The notes beneath the pieces were generated by a model. The model was not told the origin of the DNA. It worked only from the letters and a program-made list of their open reading frames with translations, and made no database searches. Both the position numbers and the translations under genes were made by a program. A stretch of 64,000 nucleotides of DNA from contig CAJONC010000008.1 of NCBI GenBank assembly GCA_905235675.1, positions 10,299 to 74,298 on the forward strand, read 5' to 3'. Below are positions 38,758 through 46,572 of this stretch, one piece after another (position 1 is the first letter of the stretch; the number at the start of each line of letters is the position of its first letter). The DNA comes from an uncultured Bacteroidales bacterium (GTDB lineage Bacteria; Bacteroidota; Bacteroidia; Bacteroidales; UBA932).

Positions 38758-40707
38758 CCCCGGTTCTCTGATTTTGATAATCCGGATTTTGCCAAAATGA
38801 TTTTTGACAATCCCGTATTTGCCAGTCTGAATGCAACTCCGTACGATGAATTGGGGCGCCCCGATTCTGATACTCCGGCTCCAACAGGCTACAAGCCGGT
38901 ATATATCAGCCATTATGGACGTCACGGGGCGCGGTCTGGCAGCCCCGGGAGCAAGGACCTCCAAAGTTTTATAAATCTTGAAAAAGCATTGACCAATGCA
39001 TCAGTTGCCGGGATTCTCACCCCGGAAGGGAAGGAATTGCTTGTGGAGGTTCGAAAAGTTATTGCGGCTACGGACAATATGGAAGGGCGTCTGACCGAGC
39101 GAGGAAAGCGGGAACATTCGGGCATTGCAGAAAGGATGTATCGGCGTTTTACTCCGGTTTTCAAAGATGGGAGCAGAAAGGTTTATGCCCTTGGAAGCGA
39201 ATATCCTCGCTGCCTGATCAGTATGGCTTCTTTTACTGGACAGTTGAACAAGATGGATCCGTCTCTTGAGATAAAGTTGAATTCCGGCCCGGAATATCAG
39301 AAAATCATACACAATACGGCCACTCCGGAAGTGAGGGAGAAGCGCATCCGTGCGATTGACTCCTTGCTTGCGCTTGTCCGTCCCGAGACTAAAGAACTGA
39401 TGGACAGATTGTTTACGGACCCCGATGCGGCAAGCGATTTTGTGCCGGATCCGGTAGAAATGTCACGCTGGATCTTCCGTGCCGGAAGAATTTCAGGTGG
39501 CTTTGATATAAAAGAGAATATTTTCCGGCATCTGCCATTCAAGACTCTGTATGCCTGGGCAGATTTCTATAATTCCACAATTTATATCGGACACGGAAAT
39601 TCCTTTGAATTCGGGGATGACCGTATGTCGCAGACCAGACTGTTGGTAAACGACATCGTAAACCGGGCCGATGATGCACTCAATACGGGCAATTTGGCGG
39701 CGGATCTGCGCTTCGGGCACGATTTTACTCTGCTTGCTTTATGTGCAAGGATGGGGATGGCTGGTGTTAGTGAAAGGTACGATTATGAAGGATCAAGGAA
39801 GCACTTCATTTGCAGTAAACTGATTCCTTTTGCCGCTAATCTGCAACTGGTTTTCTATAAAAAGAAAGATGCTCCTGTGCTGGTAAAATGCTTGTTGAAC
39901 GAAAGAGAAATGACCATCACCGGGCTGGAGCCTGTGAATGGGGTCTATTACAGATGGGAAGACTTGCGCGCCACTCTTGTTCCATCTGATGATTTCTGTC
40001 TGGAAGCACACCGTGGAATCAGCAACCGGTATCCCGAGAACACTATCCTTGCTTTCAAAGAAGCAGCATCGGTTCACAGATATGTGGGGATGGAAACCGA
40101 TGTGCAGATGACTTCCGACGGGGTGCTGGTTATAATGCACGATGATACGGTAGAACGCACTACTGACGGAATCGGAATGGTGTCGGACTATACCTGGAAG
40201 GAACTCTCGCGCCTCCATATTGACGGAGGATATGGCTGGGACGAAAGATTTAAAGGCAAACTTCATATCCCATTGTTTACCGATTATCTCAAGATCTGCC
40301 GTGAAGGCGGTCTTGTTCCATATGTGGAACTGAAATTGCTGACCGACGAGGGTATCGCCAAGACCATAGAGACGCTTCATTCAGAGGGATTCTCGGATGA
40401 TGATTATGTCTTGACTTCATTCAACAGACATTATGTTGATTATGCCGGAACTCTCTGTTCTGCAAAAAGGGAGTTTATGAAGGGCGGACGTTTCACGCAC
40501 GAAGATCTCGCATCTATGGTTGGCTCCGGGCTTGTAGTACGACCGGATTGTCGCAAGATAAATCAGGCTCTGGTGGACGAGTGCCGTGCGCTGGGTCTTG
40601 AACTGGAAGCATATGGCCTCCCTGTTGGGGATGCGTCTTTGCTTGCGAACCTGAAGGCGTGGGGAGTGAAAGGCGTAACCTGCAATGATTGGCTGAATTT
40701 ATTATGA
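35668..40707 (+). CDS. 1,679-aa tri-domain lipoprotein: GH106-like glycosidase plus histidine acid phosphatase plus glycerophosphodiester phosphodiesterase
   Basis: Lipobox LLIVSCAG. See the three domain sub-features below. It is one uninterrupted ORF. ATG at 35668 (track TTG at 35659). Confidence 0.85.
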   Translation: MRIKAFPAAIFTAAFLLIVSCAGRQTSVSDNLRQSFANPPQSARPMVWWHWMNGNISPDGLRKDIMWMHRIGIGGFHIFDAGLDTPQITESRLDFMSPEWKETLNGAVALADSLGMEVAVAASPGWSCTGGPWVSEEDAMKKLVWRNMQVDGGKHYHGPLPEPYTMSSRFQNVPLPYEHNHHQDGPIPEWYYKDIAVYAVRLPSSFASMEELGAKVSDNGGNGPFYWIQYEFPQQQSFRAVSVVNAKARSGGHAIPAKCKDSLQISDDGLHFHTLCGITVGAAQQQTECIPYAEARFWRLKRPNSGYAAINPEDYILHKHTPINHYEEKAGFAYTCDLMNYPTPPEAEACEVIDITANYKNGILDWDAPEGRWMIYRFGCSLTGKKNHPASAEATGLEVDKLDKTAFARYLHHYLDMYNDATGGRLGKTGIRYLMIDSYESGAQNWTSSLPEEFKLRRGYDMMPWLPAVAGVVIGDTEQTERFLWDFRRTIGELFAENYDNATEIVRQDYGMDGIFIESHEHGRNCPADGMSIKKSASYPMSAMWMEGSGAVNRVAEGKADIRESASVAHIYGQNLVAAESLTISGLGGKAFSYYPGNLKHAADLEMGAGVNRFVIHESAHQPSDDKVPGIGLGHYGQWFNRHETWAELAGPWIDYLSRSCALLQQGRYVADYLYYYGEDTNVTAQFSQSELKAPFGYGYDFIGPEALLKELKVRQGKLVTSTGMEYSTLFVGGDGLRMSKEVRERINSFKKSGIRVLEGTEVHYVKKTIEPDLILSDAGDMQFVHRTAPDAEIYWICNSMDCLRTQEASFRISGRKPRLWHPETGTISDLPYRFADGRTYISLKFAGDEAYFVVFEEQVKDSSFDVAEEVLIDSTPVCGPWEVSFNLKTGAPAHILMPELSSWTESSSPEIKYYSGTAKYRKTFNFRPDGGRYVLNLGKVGSIACVNMNGQDLGQCWKSPYEMDITGALRAGENTMEISVTNLWVNRLIGDAGRKNRKTYYSYDFYKADDPLLPSGLMGPVSIDKYDLHPRFSDFDNPDFAKMIFDNPVFASLNATPYDELGRPDSDTPAPTGYKPVYISHYGRHGARSGSPGSKDLQSFINLEKALTNASVAGILTPEGKELLVEVRKVIAATDNMEGRLTERGKREHSGIAERMYRRFTPVFKDGSRKVYALGSEYPRCLISMASFTGQLNKMDPSLEIKLNSGPEYQKIIHNTATPEVREKRIRAIDSLLALVRPETKELMDRLFTDPDAASDFVPDPVEMSRWIFRAGRISGGFDIKENIFRHLPFKTLYAWADFYNSTIYIGHGNSFEFGDDRMSQTRLLVNDIVNRADDALNTGNLAADLRFGHDFTLLALCARMGMAGVSERYDYEGSRKHFICSKLIPFAANLQLVFYKKKDAPVLVKCLLNEREMTITGLEPVNGVYYRWEDLRATLVPSDDFCLEAHRGISNRYPENTILAFKEAASVHRYVGMETDVQMTSDGVLVIMHDDTVERTTDGIGMVSDYTWKELSRLHIDGGYGWDERFKGKLHIPLFTDYLKICREGGLVPYVELKLLTDEGIAKTIETLHSEGFSDDDYVLTSFNRHYVDYAGTLCSAKREFMKGGRFTHEDLASMVGSGLVVRPDCRKINQALVDECRALGLELEAYGLPVGDASLLANLKAWGVKGVTCNDWLNLL
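38758..39990 (+). other. domain: histidine acid phosphatase (branch 2) (approximate bounds)
   Basis: YISHYGRHGARSGSP (RHGxRx motif, about 38920) and LRFGHDFTLLAL (HD motif, about 39715). Confidence 0.7.
39991..40704 (+). other. domain: glycerophosphodiester phosphodiesterase (GDPD) (approximate bounds)
   Basis: LEAHRGISNRYPENTILAFKEA...GMETDVQMTSDGVLVIMHDDTVERTTDG matches the canonical GDPD HRG / E.D / HD pattern. Confidence 0.8.
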
Positions 40708-42206
40708 AAAGAATTATAACTTTTTTTGTTGCACTGGCAGTGTGTGTGTCAGTCTTTGCAAGGGGTAATGACAAGGTCCTGTTCGGAGGAGAGATGCACA
40801 ATTCCAATTCCACGACACCTGAATCGCTGGAATCATCATTCCTCCTCGCCCGTGTACTTGGATTCAATGCCGTTCTTGCAGCGGTGCCCTGGGACATTGT
40901 GGAGCCGGAAGAGGGAACGTTCAACTTTGGGATAGTGGACAATATCATCGCTTCCGCAAAAAAGAATAATCTGCTGGTAGGAATCCTGTGGTTCGGCAGT
41001 TATAAGAACGGAGAATCATCCTATGCGCCTCTGTGGGTGAAACGCGATACACGGAAATACTTCCGATGCGCAGACTCCGAAGGAAAAGCAAGTACAACAA
41101 TTTCTCCGTTCTGCACCGCTGCACAGAAAGCCGATGCTGTCGCATTTTCACGTCTGATGGCATATATCCGCGACAATGATCAAGAAAGGCGCATCTGTGT
41201 CGTGCAAGTTGAAAACGAGGTAGGCGCCTTTATGGAGAGGGATATGTGTCCTGCTGCCATGAAGGCATGGGAAAGGTGCAAGTGGTCGAAAAGTTCGGAT
41301 ATGCTTGCTCCGCAGCATTTTATGGCGGAGGCTTTTGCCGGTTATGTGGATGCTGTTGCGGAGGCCGGGAAAAAAGAGTACGACATTCCGATGTTTGCAA
41401 ACGCATGGTTGAAAGTTGCAGACGCTCCCTATGGATCATATCCTAACGGGGGACCTCGAATTGCGGTGCTGGATACTTGGAAAGCAAGGGTGAAACATCT
41501 TGACTGGCTTTCTCCTGACATCTATGACCCGGGATTTGCAGAACTTTGCGACCCTTATTCTCAGGGACAGCCTCTTTTTATCCCTGAAACCCGGCGCGAA
41601 ATTGGCCGTTACTATTATGCTTTCGGAGAAAAAAGGGCCAAAGGAGTGTTTTCCTTTGGTTTTGAAGAGTCATATGACGACCCTTATTACTCCGTTGAAT
41701 GCAGGACATTTTCGGAAATACTTCCTTTTTTGGATGCAGATCTTCCTTCCCGAGGATTTTTCCGAGAACCCGGGGTCGTGGCTCCGGGAGATTCTCTGAA
41801 TCTGTCTCTCGGTGGATATACCTTCTGCATCCACTATATCGAAGGGGAAAAGAATGCCCATGGAATAATCATACAGACTGACAAAGATGAATTTGTTGTG
41901 GCTGGAGTGGGCGCATGGATCGACTTTTCCTCTATTCCCGGGGAGGAGTGCAAGATTGCCGTTTGCGAAGAATTGACTGAAGGGAGAGTAAGCCAGATAC
42001 TGAATGGGGACGAAACCGGACATCACAATATGCTGTACCTTCGTGGCCGTTTGCATCTGGACAACTACACCGCTCCGGACGGAGTGGTGAATCCGGCTCC
42101 GGATTACGGGCTTTCGTACCAGAGACGTTTCTGGTCCTCGGCGCATGAGCGTTTCAAGACATCAGGGATATATCGTGTAAAACTCTATAGCTATCCTTCA
42201 AGATGA
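40704..42206 (+). CDS. secreted GH35/GH42-like glycoside hydrolase (DUF5597-type beta-galactosidase-like)
   Basis: Signal peptide MKRIITFFVALAVCVSVFA. TIM-barrel-like VPWDIVEPEEGTFNF and VQVENEVG (catalytic NE) motifs. The ATG overlaps the stop of the preceding gene (ATGA). Confidence 0.6.
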   Translation: MKRIITFFVALAVCVSVFARGNDKVLFGGEMHNSNSTTPESLESSFLLARVLGFNAVLAAVPWDIVEPEEGTFNFGIVDNIIASAKKNNLLVGILWFGSYKNGESSYAPLWVKRDTRKYFRCADSEGKASTTISPFCTAAQKADAVAFSRLMAYIRDNDQERRICVVQVENEVGAFMERDMCPAAMKAWERCKWSKSSDMLAPQHFMAEAFAGYVDAVAEAGKKEYDIPMFANAWLKVADAPYGSYPNGGPRIAVLDTWKARVKHLDWLSPDIYDPGFAELCDPYSQGQPLFIPETRREIGRYYYAFGEKRAKGVFSFGFEESYDDPYYSVECRTFSEILPFLDADLPSRGFFREPGVVAPGDSLNLSLGGYTFCIHYIEGEKNAHGIIIQTDKDEFVVAGVGAWIDFSSIPGEECKIAVCEELTEGRVSQILNGDETGHHNMLYLRGRLHLDNYTAPDGVVNPAPDYGLSYQRRFWSSAHERFKTSGIYRVKLYSYPSR

Positions 42207-43366
42207 AAATAGTTAAGCTAAGCCTGTTTGTGAAGGTCCTCATTGCGATTATTCTTGGTTCCTTGCTGGGTCTGGTCGCTCCGGATGTGCTTGTGCGCAT
42301 TTTCAAGACATTCAATGTGCTGTTTGCGCAGATACTCCGTTTCATAGTGCCTTTGCTGGTGCTGGGGCTGGTTACTCCTGCCATCTACAATCTCGGCAAA
42401 GGGGCCGGAAAGATGCTGCTTATAGTAGTGGCAGTGGCCTATGTGTCTACCGTTTTTGCGGGACTGTTCGCATATGGATGCTCCGGCGCGTTGTTCCAGA
42501 GTATAATTCCTATAGGGGATTTGTCGTCAGGCACTGTCGATACCAAGTCTTTCGCTCCGTATATCGATTTGAAGATTGCCCCGTTATGTGATATCCTGAC
42601 CGCTCTCTGTCTTTCCTTTATGACGGGAATATGCTGCATATACATAAAAGGACAGGCCCTGCGTGGATTCTTTGACGAATTTGGGGAGGTGGTCAAAATG
42701 ACTATCGAAAAAGCCATTATTCCACTGATGCCGGTTTATATCTTTACAATGATGTGTGAGATGAGTGCAGCGGGAAAACTTGCTGTTGTTATGGGGGCTG
42801 GAGTAAAGGTGATTCTTACAGGTGTAACCCTCTCGATACTTTATTTGATAATACAGTATGCGGTTGCAGGAGCAATTGCCGGCAAGAATCCATTCAAGTG
42901 CCTTTGGAATATGCTCCCGGCTTATTTAACAGGCTTCTCTATTTGCTCTTCATCAGCAGTAATCCCTGTTACCCAAAGATGTACTCTCAAGAACGGCGTT
43001 TCAGAGGAAGTTGCAAATTTCGTCATACCGCTATGCTCGAACGTGCACATGTGCGGCTCTGTTATCAAATTGGCTACCACTTCAGTGGCAGTTGCACTGA
43101 TGATGGGTACGCCCATAAGTTTCCCTGTTTTCCTGAATTTCGTACTGATGCTGGCGGTTGCGACCGTAGCGTCTCCAGGCGTGATGAGCGGTGTGCTTAT
43201 GACCTCTGTCGGTCTGCTGGAATCGATGCTCGGATTTTCCCCTGAAATGACTGCCCTCTTGATGGCGATTTACCTGGCTCTTGATGGATACGGGCCCGCC
43301 TGCAATGTTACCGGCGACGGAGCCATCGCCCTTGGCGTAGACCGATTTTTCAAGAAAATGGATTAA
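42203..43366 (+). CDS. dicarboxylate/amino acid:cation symporter (SDF/DAACS family)
   Basis: 387 aa, polytopic, with SDF-like reentrant-loop motifs (SSSAVIPV, PGVMSGV, NVTGDGA). ATGA overlap with the upstream gene. Confidence 0.75.
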   Translation: MKIVKLSLFVKVLIAIILGSLLGLVAPDVLVRIFKTFNVLFAQILRFIVPLLVLGLVTPAIYNLGKGAGKMLLIVVAVAYVSTVFAGLFAYGCSGALFQSIIPIGDLSSGTVDTKSFAPYIDLKIAPLCDILTALCLSFMTGICCIYIKGQALRGFFDEFGEVVKMTIEKAIIPLMPVYIFTMMCEMSAAGKLAVVMGAGVKVILTGVTLSILYLIIQYAVAGAIAGKNPFKCLWNMLPAYLTGFSICSSSAVIPVTQRCTLKNGVSEEVANFVIPLCSNVHMCGSVIKLATTSVAVALMMGTPISFPVFLNFVLMLAVATVASPGVMSGVLMTSVGLLESMLGFSPEMTALLMAIYLALDGYGPACNVTGDGAIALGVDRFFKKMD

Positions 43367-43438
43367 GGGTAAACAGGTCATCCAGCATCACTGCACGACC
43401 ATTCCGCAGCGGTTAGTAGGTAATTCACGGGAATTTCC

Positions 43439-43446
43439 TATATTTG
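43439..43446 (+). promoter_or_regulatory. -7 promoter box (TATATTTG) for the DUF2723 gene
   Basis: Exact TAnnTTTG, 6 nt before the ATG at 43453. Confidence 0.35.
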
Positions 43447-43452
43447 CAGGTT

Positions 43453-46400
43453 ATGACGACAAAGAAGTTCAATATGTGGAACAGGATTGCCGCAACGCTG
43501 GTGTTTGCGGTGTCTGCGTTCACCTATCTCTCCACCATAGAGCCCACCGCATCATTCTGGGACTGCGGCGAATTCATAGCATCTTCATACAAACTCGAGG
43601 TAGGGCATCCTCCGGGAAACCCGACCTTCCAGCTTTTCGCCCGCATCTTCACCCTCTTCGGCGACAATATGCACGCCGCGGTGCTGGTGAATGCGATGAG
43701 CGCCCTGTGCTCCGCGCTCACCATACTCCTGTTGTATCTTACGATAGTCTGGTTCGCCAGGAGGCTGGTGCTGCGCAAAGTCGGGGGAGAGAATGCCGCC
43801 GGCCTTTCCGAAGGGGCCGCCGAACGGATGACTCCCGGCCAGATAGTGGCGATATTCGGTTCCGGCATAGTGGGAGCCCTCATCTACTGCTTCTCCGACA
43901 CCTTCTGGTTCTCGGCTGTGGAAGGGGAGGTGTATGCAATGAGTTCTCTGTTCACCGCGCTGGTATTCTGGGTGATGACCAGGTGGTACGACCATGCCGA
44001 CGAGCCCCATTCCGCCCGCTGGATAGTGCTGATAGCTTTCCTGATGGGCCTCAGCATAGGAGTTCACCTGCTCAACCTGCTGATGATTCCGGCCCTGGTG
44101 TTCCTGTATTACTACCGTCGCCGCGAAGAGCCCTACACTTTCTGGGAATGCATCAAGATTTTCCTCGTGGGAGTGGTCATACTCGGAGTTGTCAATTTCA
44201 TCTTCATCCCCCTCTTCCCCAAGTTCGCGGCATACTTCGACCTCTTCTTCGTCAACAAACTGGGCCTGCCCTACAACAGCGGCGCTGCCTTCTTCCTCGT
44301 GCTGGTGCTCGCCGCCTGCTTCTGGGGCATCTTCAGCACCTACAACTCAAAAAAGGTGTTCTGGAACACCTCGCTGCTCTGCCTCACCACCATCATCATA
44401 GGATTCTCCATCTTCAGCATAGACATCATACGTTCGAGCGCGAAAACGCCCACCAACGAATATCAGCCCGACAATGCCTTCACCCTCGTGCGCTATCTTT
44501 CGCGTGAGCAGTACGGCAGCACGCCCCTGATTTACGGACAGTACTACGACGCTCCTTACGACATCAAGACCAATTACTACTGGGCTCCCCTCGACGGCAA
44601 GTACAAGAAGGTGGAAGGTCCCGGTGAGCCCGTATATGACTCCGCAGGGAAGATGCTCTTCCCCCGAATGTGGAGCGGCCTCGACAACAGTACCAAAGAG
44701 TTCTACAAGGCCTACACCGGAGGCAAGGGCACCCGCGTGCGCGGCGCGCAGTCTCCCAAACCCACGATGGGTGCCAATCTGCTGTATTTCTTCGACTTCC
44801 AGCTGGGTTGGATGTACTGGCGCTACTTCATGTGGAACTTCGTCGGACGCCAGAACGACGTCCACAGCCCTTCTCCCGGAAATATCTTCTACGGCAACTG
44901 GGAAAGCGGGGTGAAGTTCATCGACAACTGGCGCCTCGGCGACCAGGGCGACGCTCCCGCCGTGCTACTGGAGAACAAAGGCAAGAACCATTACTACTTC
45001 CTGCCCTTCCTGCTCGGACTGATAGGACTCTTCTTCCAGTTCGGACGCGACAAACGCGGCTGCTGGCTGAACTTCCTGATGTTCTTCATGACGGGATTCG
45101 CAATAGCGGTTTATCTGAACATGCCTCCGTTCCAGGTCAGGGAACGCGACTACGTGTTCGCAGGTTCCTTCTACTTCTTCTCGGTATGGGCCGGACTCGC
45201 CGTGCTCGGACTGTATGAGGCCTTCTCCGGATCGCTGAAAGAACGCTCCGGACTCGCGCTTGCGGGAGCACTTTCCGTCGCATGCCTCTTCGTTCCTGCA
45301 CTCATGGCCGCGGAGAACTGGGACGACCACGACCGCAGCAACCGCCGCACCGCCCCCGAACTCGGGGCAAACTATGTCAAGTCCACGGGCCCCCAGGGCA
45401 TACTCGTAACTCATGGCGACAACGATACCTTCCCTCTCTGGTACGCCCAGGAGGTCGAAAACGTCCGCACCGACGTGCGTATCGCCAACACCTCGCTCCT
45501 CGGCACCGACTGGCACATCGACCAGATGAAATGGGCATGCAACGAGAGCAAACCCCTCGACCTTCAGGTCGGCCCCGAGCAGTATCTCTACGGCACCAAC
45601 GAATACGTACCCATCTACGACCAGAGAAACACCGTGATGGACATCGCCGACGTGATGAAGCTCTTCCGCCATCCCCAGGTGAAAGTTCAGATGAGCAGCG
45701 GCCGCAAGTTCGACTATATCGCTTCCCGCAAAATTGCCGTGCCGGTGAACAGGGAGAATGTGATAAAGTACGGAATCGTGGACGAAAAGTATGCCGACAA
45801 GATACAGGATACCATAATACTCCAGATTCCCGACGGCAAGGATTTCATCACCAAACCCGAGCTGTTCGTACTGGACTTCCTCTCCACTTACCAGTGGGAC
45901 AGGCCTTTCAATGTGCTCAACTTCGGCGGCGACCTGAACGTGGGCATCAAGGATTACCTGATGAACGTGGGATTCTCCTCCAAACTGGTGCCATTCCGCA
46001 ACAGGCCTTCGAGTACGAAGATTGGATTCGTAGACACGGACGAACTCTATCATTACATGACCGAAGTCTACAGTTTCGACGCCCTGGCTGCCCCCGGCTG
46101 GTTCATCGACTACCAGAACAACTATACCTTCCTCGGGGTGATGAACATCCGCAGCCTGTTCACCGGCTGCGCCACCGCTTTCCTCGATGCGGGGCAGAAC
46201 GACAGGGCCCTGGAAATGCTCACCCGGTGCGATGAGACAATGCGCCGCTTCCCGCTCTGCGCAATTCCTCTCGGTTTCTCCACCAACGACTATATGCTCG
46301 TGAAGGAGATGGACATGTATTTCAAGCTCGGGGAAAGCGAAAAGGCCCGTGAGCTTGCAGCCGCTTACAGTGAGGAACTGCTTTACGCTACGAGGTTCTA

Positions 46401-46566
46401 CCTGGAATTCTATTCCTTCGCGCAGGAAGAGTTCGAACTTTGCGGAAACTATGTTTATTATGTAGTGGACACCCTCAAGGCGAACGGCGAAAAAGCGATG
46501 GCCGATACCATCTACAATTCCTTCGCCGAAATGGTCGGTTCCGCAAAAGACGTGGCGGAAGAGTAG
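43453..46566 (+). CDS. DUF2723-family large membrane protein (GT-C-like / TMEM260-like)
   Basis: N-terminal STIEPTASFWDCGEFIASSYKLEVGHPPGNP signature, about 11 TM helices and a large C-terminal soluble region. Confidence 0.85.
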   Translation: MTTKKFNMWNRIAATLVFAVSAFTYLSTIEPTASFWDCGEFIASSYKLEVGHPPGNPTFQLFARIFTLFGDNMHAAVLVNAMSALCSALTILLLYLTIVWFARRLVLRKVGGENAAGLSEGAAERMTPGQIVAIFGSGIVGALIYCFSDTFWFSAVEGEVYAMSSLFTALVFWVMTRWYDHADEPHSARWIVLIAFLMGLSIGVHLLNLLMIPALVFLYYYRRREEPYTFWECIKIFLVGVVILGVVNFIFIPLFPKFAAYFDLFFVNKLGLPYNSGAAFFLVLVLAACFWGIFSTYNSKKVFWNTSLLCLTTIIIGFSIFSIDIIRSSAKTPTNEYQPDNAFTLVRYLSREQYGSTPLIYGQYYDAPYDIKTNYYWAPLDGKYKKVEGPGEPVYDSAGKMLFPRMWSGLDNSTKEFYKAYTGGKGTRVRGAQSPKPTMGANLLYFFDFQLGWMYWRYFMWNFVGRQNDVHSPSPGNIFYGNWESGVKFIDNWRLGDQGDAPAVLLENKGKNHYYFLPFLLGLIGLFFQFGRDKRGCWLNFLMFFMTGFAIAVYLNMPPFQVRERDYVFAGSFYFFSVWAGLAVLGLYEAFSGSLKERSGLALAGALSVACLFVPALMAAENWDDHDRSNRRTAPELGANYVKSTGPQGILVTHGDNDTFPLWYAQEVENVRTDVRIANTSLLGTDWHIDQMKWACNESKPLDLQVGPEQYLYGTNEYVPIYDQRNTVMDIADVMKLFRHPQVKVQMSSGRKFDYIASRKIAVPVNRENVIKYGIVDEKYADKIQDTIILQIPDGKDFITKPELFVLDFLSTYQWDRPFNVLNFGGDLNVGIKDYLMNVGFSSKLVPFRNRPSSTKIGFVDTDELYHYMTEVYSFDALAAPGWFIDYQNNYTFLGVMNIRSLFTGCATAFLDAGQNDRALEMLTRCDETMRRFPLCAIPLGFSTNDYMLVKEMDMYFKLGESEKARELAAAYSEELLYATRFYLEFYSFAQEEFELCGNYVYYVVDTLKANGEKAMADTIYNSFAEMVGSAKDVAEE

Positions 46567-46572
46567 GACAGG

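Noticed and set aside
44965-46053. 362-aa minus-strand ORF, plus the Arg/Pro-rich ORFs 43476-44507, 44670-45218 and 45282-46235
   Set aside because: All overlap the DUF2723 gene antisense or off-frame. They are low-complexity, R/P/G/H-rich and carry no motifs. They are artefacts of high GC3.
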